A stretch of DNA of 41,438 nt from Thermoplasmatota archaeon (GTDB taxonomy: Archaea > Thermoplasmatota > E2 > DHVEG-1): the NCBI GenBank assembly GCA_046498165.1, contig JAWOBC010000148.1, positions 1 through 41,438 of the forward strand. The letters run 5' to 3'. The notes under the pieces were generated by a model, which was not told the origin of the DNA, searched no databases, and was given only the letters and a program-made list of their open reading frames with translations. A program made the translations under genes and the position numbers. Of the stretch, positions 7,946 to 16,746 are shown piece after piece; positions within the stretch are counted from its first letter, which is position 1, and the number at the start of each line of letters is the position of its first letter.

Positions 7946-9343
7946 TTATTGCTTTTGTTCTTTACAGTTTTTAATGATGTCTTTAACCTCTTTCAAGGAA
8001 GAATCCGCCAGTTTTTTTGCTTCTCCAGAGGTTTTTGCTTCTGCATACACCCGAAAGATGGGTTCAGTTCCAGATGGACGCATTAACACCCATCCTGAAT
8101 TGTAATAGAGTTTGAGTCCATCGGTGGTATCGATATTCATGATCTGAGATTCTTTTGATACCTGTTTTTTTATTTCTTCTAAAACCTTTTGTTTCAGATG
8201 GTTTGGACAGTTGATTTTTGTTTTTAATACCTCATAGCGTGGAAGTTTATCTAACAGCGAGGAAAAGGATTTATTTTCAGAGCAGATGATTTCAATGATT
8301 TTTGCAATGGTCATCGCTGAATCACGGCAAAATTGCATCTTTGGAAAGATTAATCCACCGTTTTCTTCACCACCGAACACTGCGTTTTGTTTAATCATTT
8401 CACGAGCAACAATAGGTGAACCAACCTTTGTTCTCACCACTTTACCATTGTTTTTTGTCACCACTTCTTCAACACTACGAGAACTGGTTACCGGTGTTAC
8501 AACTGTCCCCCCGTTATTTTCTTTGGTAATATAATCTGCCATCAATGTTAGCGTTTGATCTCCCCAGACATAATGGCCTTGTTCATCAACAAAGATTGCT
8601 CGGTCAGCATCTCCATCTTGAGCTACACCAAGATCAGCATCTGTTTTTTTCATGGTATTCATTAATTGTTGAAGATTCTCTGGTGTTGGCTCTGAGGGAT
8701 GACCCGGAAAATGTCCATCAGGTTTGCAATTTAAACAGGTGAGCTTACAACCAAATTGAGAAAGTAGATCTGGTGTAACTACACCTCCAGCTCCATTGCC
8801 ACAGTCAAGTACGACATGTAATTTTTTTTGCTTTATACTATTGCTATCAACTTGTCCAATAATGGCATTTTTATAGTCTTGTGCAGCAACGTCAACAATG
8901 CGAACACGATGGATTTGATTCCAATGTTTCAGGGAGAATGTTTTCTTAAAATAGATATCTTCAATTGTTTCTTCGGTTTTTTTAGAAAACTCTGTTCCAT
9001 CGGCATCAATTCCTTTTATGCCATTGAACTGAGGTGGGTTATGCGAAGCAGTAATCACCACCCCTGAATCAAAGTCTTTTGTTTTAACAGTGTATTGAAT
9101 AGCGGGAGTGGGTAATAATCCAACATCAGTGACCCTGCAACCGGTGGCAAGGAGTCCTGAACTTACACTCTGTTTCAACATGATATTAGAGAGCCGAGCA
9201 TCAGTGCCAATAGCTACCTTGGGTTTTTCATACTGTAGATGAAGATATGTTCCCCAGGCAAGACCGATATGACTCGCAAGGTCTATTGTCATCTCTTCAT
9301 TAACTACGCCCCGAATCCCGTTTGTTCCAAATAATTTAGTCAC
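7946..9343 (-). CDS. Phosphoglucosamine/phosphomannomutase family protein (alpha-D-phosphohexomutase)
   Basis: It has the TASHNPPQFNGIK phosphoserine loop, the AQDGDADR metal loop and GEENGG. Confidence 0.88.
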   Translation of the reverse strand: MTKLFGTNGIRGVVNEEMTIDLASHIGLAWGTYLHLQYEKPKVAIGTDARLSNIMLKQSVSSGLLATGCRVTDVGLLPTPAIQYTVKTKDFDSGVVITASHNPPQFNGIKGIDADGTEFSKKTEETIEDIYFKKTFSLKHWNQIHRVRIVDVAAQDYKNAIIGQVDSNSIKQKKLHVVLDCGNGAGGVVTPDLLSQFGCKLTCLNCKPDGHFPGHPSEPTPENLQQLMNTMKKTDADLGVAQDGDADRAIFVDEQGHYVWGDQTLTLMADYITKENNGGTVVTPVTSSRSVEEVVTKNNGKVVRTKVGSPIVAREMIKQNAVFGGEENGGLIFPKMQFCRDSAMTIAKIIEIICSENKSFSSLLDKLPRYEVLKTKINCPNHLKQKVLEEIKKQVSKESQIMNIDTTDGLKLYYNSGWVLMRPSGTEPIFRVYAEAKTSGEAKKLADSSLKEVKDIIKNCKEQKQ

Positions 9344-9353
9344 TGTTATCCCC

Positions 9354-10736
9354 TCAGATACTGTTTTCTGTTTTCTTAATCAAGTGCTCTGTTTGTTCCT
9401 TGAACTTCATGGCAATACTTTTAGCTAGCTGAGTGGTATCAGCTTCTGCTGTAAGCCGAATGATTGGGCTGGTGTTTGATGCTCGAATGAGCACCCAACC
9501 TTTTTCTAGATTCACTCGGATTCCATCCATGGTATTACAATCAGAATAGTGATTATTTAACTGCTGGGTGAGTTTTTTTATCACCATAAACTTCGTTTCA
9601 TCACTACAGGGTATCTCCAGTTTTTCCTGCGGATACACCGGTATTTTTTCTCGCAAAGTGCTGAGAGGAGTATCCATGCTATCAATGATTTCAGCGATTT
9701 TAAAGGGAACAACGAGAGCATCATCGAAGAGAACATATGCGGGAAGGATAAGATGTCCTGATGATTCAATTCCCAGTAATGCATTTTCTTTTTTCGCATG
9801 AAGAGTGAGAAAAGTATGGCCAACTTGGATCTGTTTAACACTAAATCCAAGTGGGGTTAATTGTTCTGAAACTGCTTTTGAACATTCCACATTGGCAATA
9901 ACCGTTCCCTTCTTTTTTAAACCATGTTTACCTAGGATAATTCCTGTTTGATCAGCGGAAAGCACCGCACCAGTATCATCAACGATGACACTACGATCAC
10001 CATCGCCATCGAAGGCGACTCCGAAATCACAGTGTTTTTCTTTGACAGTAGCTATTAGTTTGCTAAGATTCTCTGGTTTTGGATCTGATGGTCGTTGTGA
10101 AAAGGTTGGATCAGGTTGGCAAAAAACAGGGATGACTTCATGACCTAGTCTTTTAAAAATAGCTGGTGCAGAAAGAGTCATACTGGCTCCGCCACAGTCA
10201 ACGGCGATATGAAGTGATTTGTCAAATGAGAATTTTTCTGCAAAGAAATCTGCATATGATTGGGTGGCATCAACATTTTTCACTGTTCCAACATTTTCCC
10301 AGGGAACTGCTTTTTCTTTTTGATCTAAGGTAAGATCACGAATTTTCATTAATTCTTTTTCTGGAAGTCCCACACCATCTCCATAATAAAATTTTACTCC
10401 ATTCCATTCAGCAGGAAGATGGCTTGCAGTAACAAATGCGATGAGATCATTATTGTTTTCACATCCTGAAAACAAGGTCTGACCGAAAGATGTTGTCCCG
10501 GTATATGATACATTGATGCCTGCTGCTGAGATTCCAGAGATAAATGCATATACAAGGGGATGACTTGAACGACGAAGATCATTACCAACGGTCATGCTGC
10601 TTCCTTTGATATGCTGACGCACATAGGTTCCTGCTGCCAGGCCGATTTGATAAAAAAGGGAAGGATCAATATCTTGTTGATATACACCTCTAATATCATA
10701 TGCTCTGAAGATATGTTTATTCATAGTTGAACTCAT
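9354..10736 (-). CDS. Phosphoglucomutase/phosphomannomutase family protein (second paralog)
   Basis: It has TASHLPAEWNGVKF, AFDGDGDR and GIESSGH. It lies in tandem with the previous gene. Confidence 0.88.
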   Translation of the reverse strand: MSSTMNKHIFRAYDIRGVYQQDIDPSLFYQIGLAAGTYVRQHIKGSSMTVGNDLRRSSHPLVYAFISGISAAGINVSYTGTTSFGQTLFSGCENNNDLIAFVTASHLPAEWNGVKFYYGDGVGLPEKELMKIRDLTLDQKEKAVPWENVGTVKNVDATQSYADFFAEKFSFDKSLHIAVDCGGASMTLSAPAIFKRLGHEVIPVFCQPDPTFSQRPSDPKPENLSKLIATVKEKHCDFGVAFDGDGDRSVIVDDTGAVLSADQTGIILGKHGLKKKGTVIANVECSKAVSEQLTPLGFSVKQIQVGHTFLTLHAKKENALLGIESSGHLILPAYVLFDDALVVPFKIAEIIDSMDTPLSTLREKIPVYPQEKLEIPCSDETKFMVIKKLTQQLNNHYSDCNTMDGIRVNLEKGWVLIRASNTSPIIRLTAEADTTQLAKSIAMKFKEQTEHLIKKTENSI

Positions 10737-10794
10737 GTATTCGCAATCAAATCCTCATTATAAAAAATTGATTGCAAATGATTCTAGATTTTTG

Positions 10795-11823
10795 TCAGGT
10801 TTGAAGAGGATTTCCAATTTGTTTTTTTGGATAACCAGTTGGAATTGACTGTGTCCAAATACACTTATTATCAAGCATGGTTTTTGATGAAAGGGTTTCA
10901 TTATCTCCTAACACTGTCCGTTGAAGATGGCAATCAGACTGAACCATGCCGTTTTCTCCAATGACACATTGATAAAGCTGGCAGTTATCCTCAATGATTG
11001 CATTATCAAAGATAATGCACTCTGTTAGCTTAGAATTTTTACCAATGGTTACATCATCGCCGAGAACTGATTTTGAAATTTCTCCTTTATTTTCGCAGTT
11101 TGTTCCACAAAGCTTGTTTTTTCCAGTTTTCTGTAAAAGGAATTGATGCACATCAAGATAACTTTTAATTCGACCGATATCCATCCAGTAGCCATCAAAT
11201 TGATAACCATAGAAACGATGTGTATCATCTATGATTTGGGGGAATATTTCTTTTTCCATGGAGATTAATCGCCCAGTTTCAATGTAATCGAGCACATCTT
11301 GATTCAGTAAATACGCACCAGCATTAATCAGATTGGAAGGGGCCTCCTCTGGTTTTGGTTTTTCAACAAAACCAACAATGTTTCCATCTTTTTTAACATC
11401 GACCACACCAAATTCGGCAACGTTGTCAACAGGCCAGAGCGATATAGTAGCCATTGCTTCATTCTTCTTATGAAAATGCATCATATCTGATAAATTCAAA
11501 GAGCAGATTATATCACTATTGAGCACAAAAAACTGATTGGTGATATGTTCCTCAGCAAATTTAACTGCGCCACCTGTGCCTAATGGTTCTGGTTCATCAT
11601 TGACAATGATTTGCTTTCCGCAATCATAGTCATCAAAGAATTGTTCAATTTGTTTTTTCCGGTAGTTTACTGCTAAGATAACGGTATCAACTTCAGGTGG
11701 TAATGAATCGATAATATATGAGATCATTGGTTTGTTCATAATGGGGAGTAATGATTTTGCTCTGGTATAGGTTAAGGGCCGTAGCCGAGTGCCAAACCCA
11801 CCAGCAAGAATAATTGCTTCCAT
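10795..11823 (-). CDS. Sugar-1-phosphate nucleotidylyltransferase with C-terminal left-handed beta-helix repeats
   Basis: The N-terminus carries LAGGFGTRLRPLT. The C-terminal part has hexapeptide-like repeats (VLGDDVTIGKNSKL..CIIFDNAIIEDNC...). Confidence 0.87.
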   Translation of the reverse strand: MEAIILAGGFGTRLRPLTYTRAKSLLPIMNKPMISYIIDSLPPEVDTVILAVNYRKKQIEQFFDDYDCGKQIIVNDEPEPLGTGGAVKFAEEHITNQFFVLNSDIICSLNLSDMMHFHKKNEAMATISLWPVDNVAEFGVVDVKKDGNIVGFVEKPKPEEAPSNLINAGAYLLNQDVLDYIETGRLISMEKEIFPQIIDDTHRFYGYQFDGYWMDIGRIKSYLDVHQFLLQKTGKNKLCGTNCENKGEISKSVLGDDVTIGKNSKLTECIIFDNAIIEDNCQLYQCVIGENGMVQSDCHLQRTVLGDNETLSSKTMLDNKCIWTQSIPTGYPKKQIGNPLQT

Positions 11824-11939
11824 CTTGATATCACATCCAGTTTTTTAGAGTGAATAGATGATAGCCCAATAAATGTTTTCCCAGACGAAAACAGGACCCT
11901 GTGAGAAAGGTTTATTAACAAAGATCATTCTTCCTATTA

Positions 11940-12140
11940 TTGACCGATATGAGAGATGAAAAAAAAGTAATTGAGGAACAGGGAAGCATCATGTTCAAAG
12001 ATGATGCAGGGCTTTTAGAAACTGATGAAGAAATCGCTGTTCACATCATGCATCGATTCAATATTGATCGGGATACATTAGAATGTATGCCCGCGTTCAA
12101 AGAACCACTTCACCCATTATTATGGTCTGAAAAAGAATAA
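11940..12140 (+). CDS. Small acidic hypothetical protein (66 aa; the ATG at 11949 is more likely than the TTG)
   Basis: The evidence is the ORF alone. Composition is host-like and I recognise no motif. Confidence 0.35.
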   Translation: MTDMRDEKKVIEEQGSIMFKDDAGLLETDEEIAVHIMHRFNIDRDTLECMPAFKEPLHPLLWSEKE

Positions 12141-12256
12141 TACATCACCATCGCTGTATATCTATTTCAACTTTTTTGCGAAATACATATTTTGCAGAAG
12201 TTTAATTTTACGAAACAGTTATTAACTCCTTATTTATTCAATATTTTTTGATTGTA

Positions 12257-13543
12257 ATGGGAGATTTAATAGATTCTAAATTAGTTAATGATTGGATTTT
12301 AGACAAACAGTCAGAAAAAACCAGACCAAGATATCGCTATCATATCAACCAATTTTTTAGATTTATCAATAAAACACCTGAAGAATACATCAATGAAGAA
12401 TTCTTTTACCTTGAAACACAAAAAAGAAACAAACTTATCCATCAATACAGAAAGAATCTTAAAAACTTTAAAAACCATCTAATGAATGTTCCAAATAAAA
12501 AAGGAACAAAGAATTTACCACCTACAATAAGAACAATATTATCAACAGTTAGAAGTTTCTTTGAATTCCACGAAATAGAATTAGGAATTCAATTCTGGAA
12601 AAAACTAAATAGATTCAGCAATACAAGAATATCAATAAAAGATAGTCTTACCCACGAGATACTTAAAGACATTTTGAATAATTGTCCACTCCAAGCACAA
12701 TGTTATTTTATGATATGTGCCACAACAGGATCAAGAATAGGAATGGTTTTACAACTTAAAAGAAAAGACATAGACATTAATAGAGAATTTCCTACAATTG
12801 AATTCAACCAATACGATACAATAAAGAACAAAAAAACAAAAATAAAATTTACAACACCGGAAGTAAGACAAAAATTACAATCCTATTTTAATAAACACAA
12901 ATTTAATGAAAACGATTATATCTTCAGCGCATTAAGAACTAAAAAAAATATACCTATGACACCAGCAAACGCAGGAACAATCTTTAGAACAGCATACAAA
13001 AACACAAAACACTATGCTAAAAATGATAACACAGGAATAAATAAAATCACTACTCAAAACCTTAAAAGTTTTACAAAATCATATTTTAAATGTTCAGATG
13101 AGAAATTTAAGGATTACATTTGTGAACATTCTAATGATCTAGATAAAAGATATTGGAACTTACCTTTAAAAGAACTAGAAAAGCTCTATAAAGAAGGATA
13201 CAAGAACCTACTGATATATGAAAAACCATACGATACAGATGAAGTAAAACAACTCAGAGAAGAACAAAGAAGGAACAAGGGAATAATAAAAGTATTATCA
13301 GAACGATCAGAACAATTAGAAAAACAACAAAAGGAATACACCAAAATATTAAACAAACACCAAGAAATAATTAGCTCATTAAGAATAATCAAAAAATATG
13401 GAAACACATATCAATATGATAATGAACTAGGTTTTTACTTCCCTTTAAGATTAAAAGAAAACGAAACAGAACATTTTTTAAATAAGAATTTTGAAAGAAT
13501 TGAACACCACGACATTAAAGAATTAAAAAAGGATAAAAAATAA
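12257..13543 (+). CDS. Tyrosine recombinase/integrase with a coiled-coil C-terminal extension
   Basis: Box I reads CATTGSRIGMVLQLKRKDID (Arg). The C-terminal motif is EHSNDLDKRYW (His and the nucleophile Tyr). The box II position reads TTQNLKSF where HxLRH is expected. The ORF track starts at a TTG (12248); the ATG at 12257 (MGDLIDS...) is more likely. Confidence 0.8.
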   Translation: MGDLIDSKLVNDWILDKQSEKTRPRYRYHINQFFRFINKTPEEYINEEFFYLETQKRNKLIHQYRKNLKNFKNHLMNVPNKKGTKNLPPTIRTILSTVRSFFEFHEIELGIQFWKKLNRFSNTRISIKDSLTHEILKDILNNCPLQAQCYFMICATTGSRIGMVLQLKRKDIDINREFPTIEFNQYDTIKNKKTKIKFTTPEVRQKLQSYFNKHKFNENDYIFSALRTKKNIPMTPANAGTIFRTAYKNTKHYAKNDNTGINKITTQNLKSFTKSYFKCSDEKFKDYICEHSNDLDKRYWNLPLKELEKLYKEGYKNLLIYEKPYDTDEVKQLREEQRRNKGIIKVLSERSEQLEKQQKEYTKILNKHQEIISSLRIIKKYGNTYQYDNELGFYFPLRLKENETEHFLNKNFERIEHHDIKELKKDKK

Positions 13544-13548
13544 TTGAT

Positions 13549-13650
13549 TTAATACATACTATTAATCATTTCTTTCATTTCTTTTAAACCATCTTGAATA
13601 CTCTTTTCTAAATATTTTATTCTTTCCATATCTTCATTCAATTGATTCAT
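13549..13650 (-). CDS. Possible 33-aa coiled-coil ORF (MNQLNEDMERIKYLEKSIQDGLKEMKEMINSMY)
   Basis: This ORF is below the track's length cutoff. The evidence is the ORF alone. Confidence 0.15.
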   Translation of the reverse strand: MNQLNEDMERIKYLEKSIQDGLKEMKEMINSMY

Positions 13651-13710
13651 ATTATCACATTTGACATAACTTACCTAGTTTTATATCTGTCGAAATATTC
13701 AAAAAAATAA

Positions 13711-14006
13711 GGAAAGGAAGAGAGAAAACCAGTCAATTAAAACCAATTTTTCCTTTCCCTATATACAAGATATAGTATACCTAATATTTATCTTTTTTTC
13801 TTATTTGTTATCATCTCCCTGTTATAGTGTCACTGACACGGTTTCTCTAAAGAGTGAGAGAAACCGGTCAGCTCACCGGATACCTTCAAAAACTTTCATC
13901 CTAATCGCCTTTGGTTTTTGTTTAAGTGTTTTCTATGTTGTAATTTCAACCTAATGAAATGAGAGAAACCAGATCAGTCTATCCGTATTTCCTTTAAAAC
14001 TATCAT
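13711..14006 (+). repeat. Three degenerate ~45-nt direct repeats (core GAGAGAAA(A)CC ... TCAG ... TTCCTT) with embedded perfect hairpins; candidate iterons or origin
   Basis: The repeat cores lie at 13720-13730, 13856-13865 and 13961-13970. Repeats 2 and 3 are about 75% identical over ~48 nt. Inverted repeats are ggaaaggaa/ttcctttcc (13711-13719 / 13750-13758), gtgtca-c-tgacac (13827-13839) and cggtttctct/agagaaaccg (13839-13848 / 13857-13866). Confidence 0.6.
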
Positions 14007-14147
14007 ATAGGGTTATGGCTTACGCCAACCAGATAACTAATAGAAAATTTACTCACGGCAAATTTTCCTTCCAAACCATTTTAAAAATAACTGTGTCGGG
14101 TGCCGACTTCGTCTTAATACACCCGCCACCAAAAAACCCAAAACTAA

Positions 14148-14675
14148 TCAAAAACGAAGACGCATTTTTTTCATTTTACGATTAAATCCTTTAAACCTAT
14201 TCTTCTTCATACCCTTCATTTTAGGCATTCGTATTTTATCAACATTTCTAAAAGAAGTCATCGAAGGATCCTTCATATTATTCCATTTCGTATGAAATCG
14301 TTTCAATCCCTTGCTTTCTGAAAACTTTGAACTTTCCACCGCTTTTGATGCTCTTGCTATTTTAGATCTTAAACGCTTTCTCATAATAGTAGCATTTTCA
14401 ACAGGATGATGTTTAAAACTTGATGATTTTCTGGCTTTTACACTTCTATTTGCTGAATGATAAACTGTTGATCCAACTCTTTGATTCTTTGCTTCATTCA
14501 TTTCGTTAATTCTTTCTTGCCTTCTTGATTGAGGAACTGTTCTAGAAGAACCTTTCACCTGACCATATAACGCCCTGGTAGACTGTGTTTCCTTGCTAGG
14601 AACAAAACCTTTAGTCTTGGTATCCTTTGCTGTTACCGTTGTCGGCTCTGGTATCTCATCATTACTCATTGACAT
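14148..14675 (-). CDS. Highly basic, low-complexity protein (175 aa)
   Basis: I count 45 K/R against 13 D/E. The C-terminus is KMKGMKKNRFKGFNRKMKKMRLRF. Its start overlaps the upstream ORF's stop by 10 nt, which suggests translational coupling. Confidence 0.6.
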   Translation of the reverse strand: MSMSNDEIPEPTTVTAKDTKTKGFVPSKETQSTRALYGQVKGSSRTVPQSRRQERINEMNEAKNQRVGSTVYHSANRSVKARKSSSFKHHPVENATIMRKRLRSKIARASKAVESSKFSESKGLKRFHTKWNNMKDPSMTSFRNVDKIRMPKMKGMKKNRFKGFNRKMKKMRLRF

Positions 14676-14974
14676 TCAACTCCTTGAATCAACTCCTTTG
14701 CTGTTTTCCAATCGTGATCAGGATTTTTTTCTCTTCTTTGTGCTTCCTTCGTAAGATCATAACAGAACCGATCAGCAGATTCATCGACTAAAACAAATTC
14801 ATCCCAAGTCATATTTTCCTTCAGGAATTTTTCTGTTTGCTCTGTTATCGCTGAAAAACAAACATATTCCAAATCGGGACAATCCCCGAATTCATTTCTC
14901 ATATCTTCTACTGTTTCTACCAGCTTATCATAATACTTTGCTAATTTTTCCGTTGTATTCATCTTTTTTTTCAC
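14666..14974 (-). CDS. Acidic hypothetical protein (102 aa)
   Basis: I count 24 D/E against 16 K/R. Its GTG start directly follows the TAG stop of the upstream zinc-ribbon ORF. Confidence 0.55.
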   Translation of the reverse strand: MKKKMNTTEKLAKYYDKLVETVEDMRNEFGDCPDLEYVCFSAITEQTEKFLKENMTWDEFVLVDESADRFCYDLTKEAQRREKNPDHDWKTAKELIQGVECQ

Positions 14975-15115
14975 CTACTTTTGTTTTATTTTATATATTA
15001 TCAACCCTAGATTACAGGGTAGACAAAGGTATCTTTCACTTTCATAAAGGGTGCAATTACCCTTTGACTTCATCATCGGTTTTTCACACTTTGGACATCG
15101 AATTATTTTATCCAT
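14975..15115 (-). CDS. 46-aa zinc-ribbon protein (MDKIIRCPKCEKPMMKSKGNCTLYESERYLCLPCNLGLIIYKIKQK), not in the ORF track
   Basis: I translated it by hand. It has an ATG start, a CPKC-x20-CLPC four-Cys arrangement, and a stop abutting the next ORF's start. Confidence 0.45.
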   Translation of the reverse strand: MDKIIRCPKCEKPMMKSKGNCTLYESERYLCLPCNLGLIIYKIKQK

Positions 15116-15219
15116 TTTTTCACCGAAAATAATGAATAGACTTATCATATATTAATATGGTTAAGAATAAATAATACTAATGTATAAAAAGTAATAAAAA
15201 ATCTAAAGAATCATAACAA

Positions 15220-16746
15220 TTAATATTTTTTTGATAAATTATTAATCATTTCATCTAAATAATCAATATAAACATTAACTATAAATTCTGGATGTCTTGA
15301 ACGACGATATCGTATTTTCCCATCAGTCATTTTTTTAGGATCCATTGAAAAAAGTTTCTTTAACAAATAATAAAGATGAGATACTTTTTTGACATATTCA
15401 TCTTTAGTAATACTATGATCAAATATTCTCTTATCATATTGTCTTATTCTATCTTGTATCTTTGAACATAAATCCTTCATAAATAGTATTATTCCAAACT
15501 TATCAACTACTTTTTTATATTCATTATTATAAGTTTCAAAATCAATAGATCCATTCATCAATTTTTCATTTAACAAATCAACCTGTTTTTTACCATACAT
15601 TTTTTTGATGTCCATCAGGAAGAAAACCTTATCATTTCTTTCTATTCTTCTATAACATCCCTGTAAAGATTTATTTCGTTTTATCCAAGTCATTAATTTA
15701 GGATCACTAATAGGAGTATTATTTACTACATCTTCAAGAAAATTAGGTAGATTATCATCTATGACAGATAAGATATCATACATTTTTGTTACTACTGGAA
15801 TTTTGCTTGAATATGATCCATCAACTGATTTTTTGATTATTAATTCAAAATTAGATTGCTTAAAAAATAATTTTGCTTTATCTCTTAATCGTTGATATAC
15901 TTCATCATATGAACGAGTATTAAACTTGTTTTTAATGAAATCACCAAGAAATGTTATTTCAAATCGTATATCATCCCGATCCTTCCGGTAAATCTTTGCA
16001 AATATATTATCAGATAAAAAAAACTTCAATGTTCTTGATTCCATTAACCCTTCAGAATCAACTGTTATCTCTTTTTTTGGTGATTCACCATAAATCCTTC
16101 CAGTTAAAGCACCTGTTTCATACAACCACTTCTTACCTTCCGGCGATAAAACAAATTCTTCAATTTGTTTCATTACATCATAAGACATATGATTTCCTAC
16201 AAAATAATCAATATTAAATTCTATATTGTAAATTGATACAGTTTTTGCTTTTAGCATTACTTCAGGGAATTCATAACCCCATATAGTATTAGCAAGATTC
16301 ATTACTTCATCAGTAATTGATTCATAAAAATTTTTAACAATATGAGAATTCCATTTACTCCACATCTTATTATTAATGTAATTACCTTCATTAATCATAA
16401 CTGATTGATAATATTTAATATCAAAATCAGGGAAATCCATCAAGTAATTCAACAATCTTTCAATGAAATTATATTCCATTGTTATTGAATACGGATTCCA
16501 TAAACGATATCTTATATTTTTGATATATGGATTATTTCTAGTAATTGATTCATCAGTAATCATCTTATGTAATGTTTTATCATTAGGATATCTTTTGATA
16601 ATATATTTTGATTTATTTTGTAAAAAGTATTTAGATCTATCAGCACAATAATTATATTCATCAGATATAGGATCCAAATAATGATGAGTAACAACCAACC
16701 GAATACGATCCGGTAGCACTTGCCTATAACTTATTTCATCAATCAT
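15220..16746 (-). CDS. Large element-encoded protein (508 aa); candidate replication initiator
   Basis: This is a long uninterrupted ORF in ~25% G+C DNA. The motif order SIYNIEFNIDY (aa 171-181), TGRIYGES (215-222) and AKIYRKDRDDIRFEITF (250-266) is reminiscent of Rep_trans-type initiators. The functional call is weak; the confidence given is for the CDS itself. Confidence 0.7.
   Translation of the reverse strand: MIDEISYRQVLPDRIRLVVTHHYLDPISDEYNYCADRSKYFLQNKSKYIIKRYPNDKTLHKMITDESITRNNPYIKNIRYRLWNPYSITMEYNFIERLLNYLMDFPDFDIKYYQSVMINEGNYINNKMWSKWNSHIVKNFYESITDEVMNLANTIWGYEFPEVMLKAKTVSIYNIEFNIDYFVGNHMSYDVMKQIEEFVLSPEGKKWLYETGALTGRIYGESPKKEITVDSEGLMESRTLKFFLSDNIFAKIYRKDRDDIRFEITFLGDFIKNKFNTRSYDEVYQRLRDKAKLFFKQSNFELIIKKSVDGSYSSKIPVVTKMYDILSVIDDNLPNFLEDVVNNTPISDPKLMTWIKRNKSLQGCYRRIERNDKVFFLMDIKKMYGKKQVDLLNEKLMNGSIDFETYNNEYKKVVDKFGIILFMKDLCSKIQDRIRQYDKRIFDHSITKDEYVKKVSHLYYLLKKLFSMDPKKMTDGKIRYRRSRHPEFIVNVYIDYLDEMINNLSKKY

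Noticed and set aside
13711-14006. Possible CRISPR mini-array formed by the three GAGAGAAACC-containing repeats.
   Set aside because: The repeats are only about 75% identical and unevenly spaced (about 135 and 105 nt). They have no uniform repeat-spacer periodicity and no cas genes. An iteron or binding-site interpretation fits better.
14010-14035. ggcttacgcc in the element resembles ggcttacggcc in the RNase P RNA 3' region (possible att-like homology).
   Set aside because: The exact match is only about 8 nt, the orientation relative to the RNA gene is opposite, and the two sites are 12 kb apart. This is consistent with chance.
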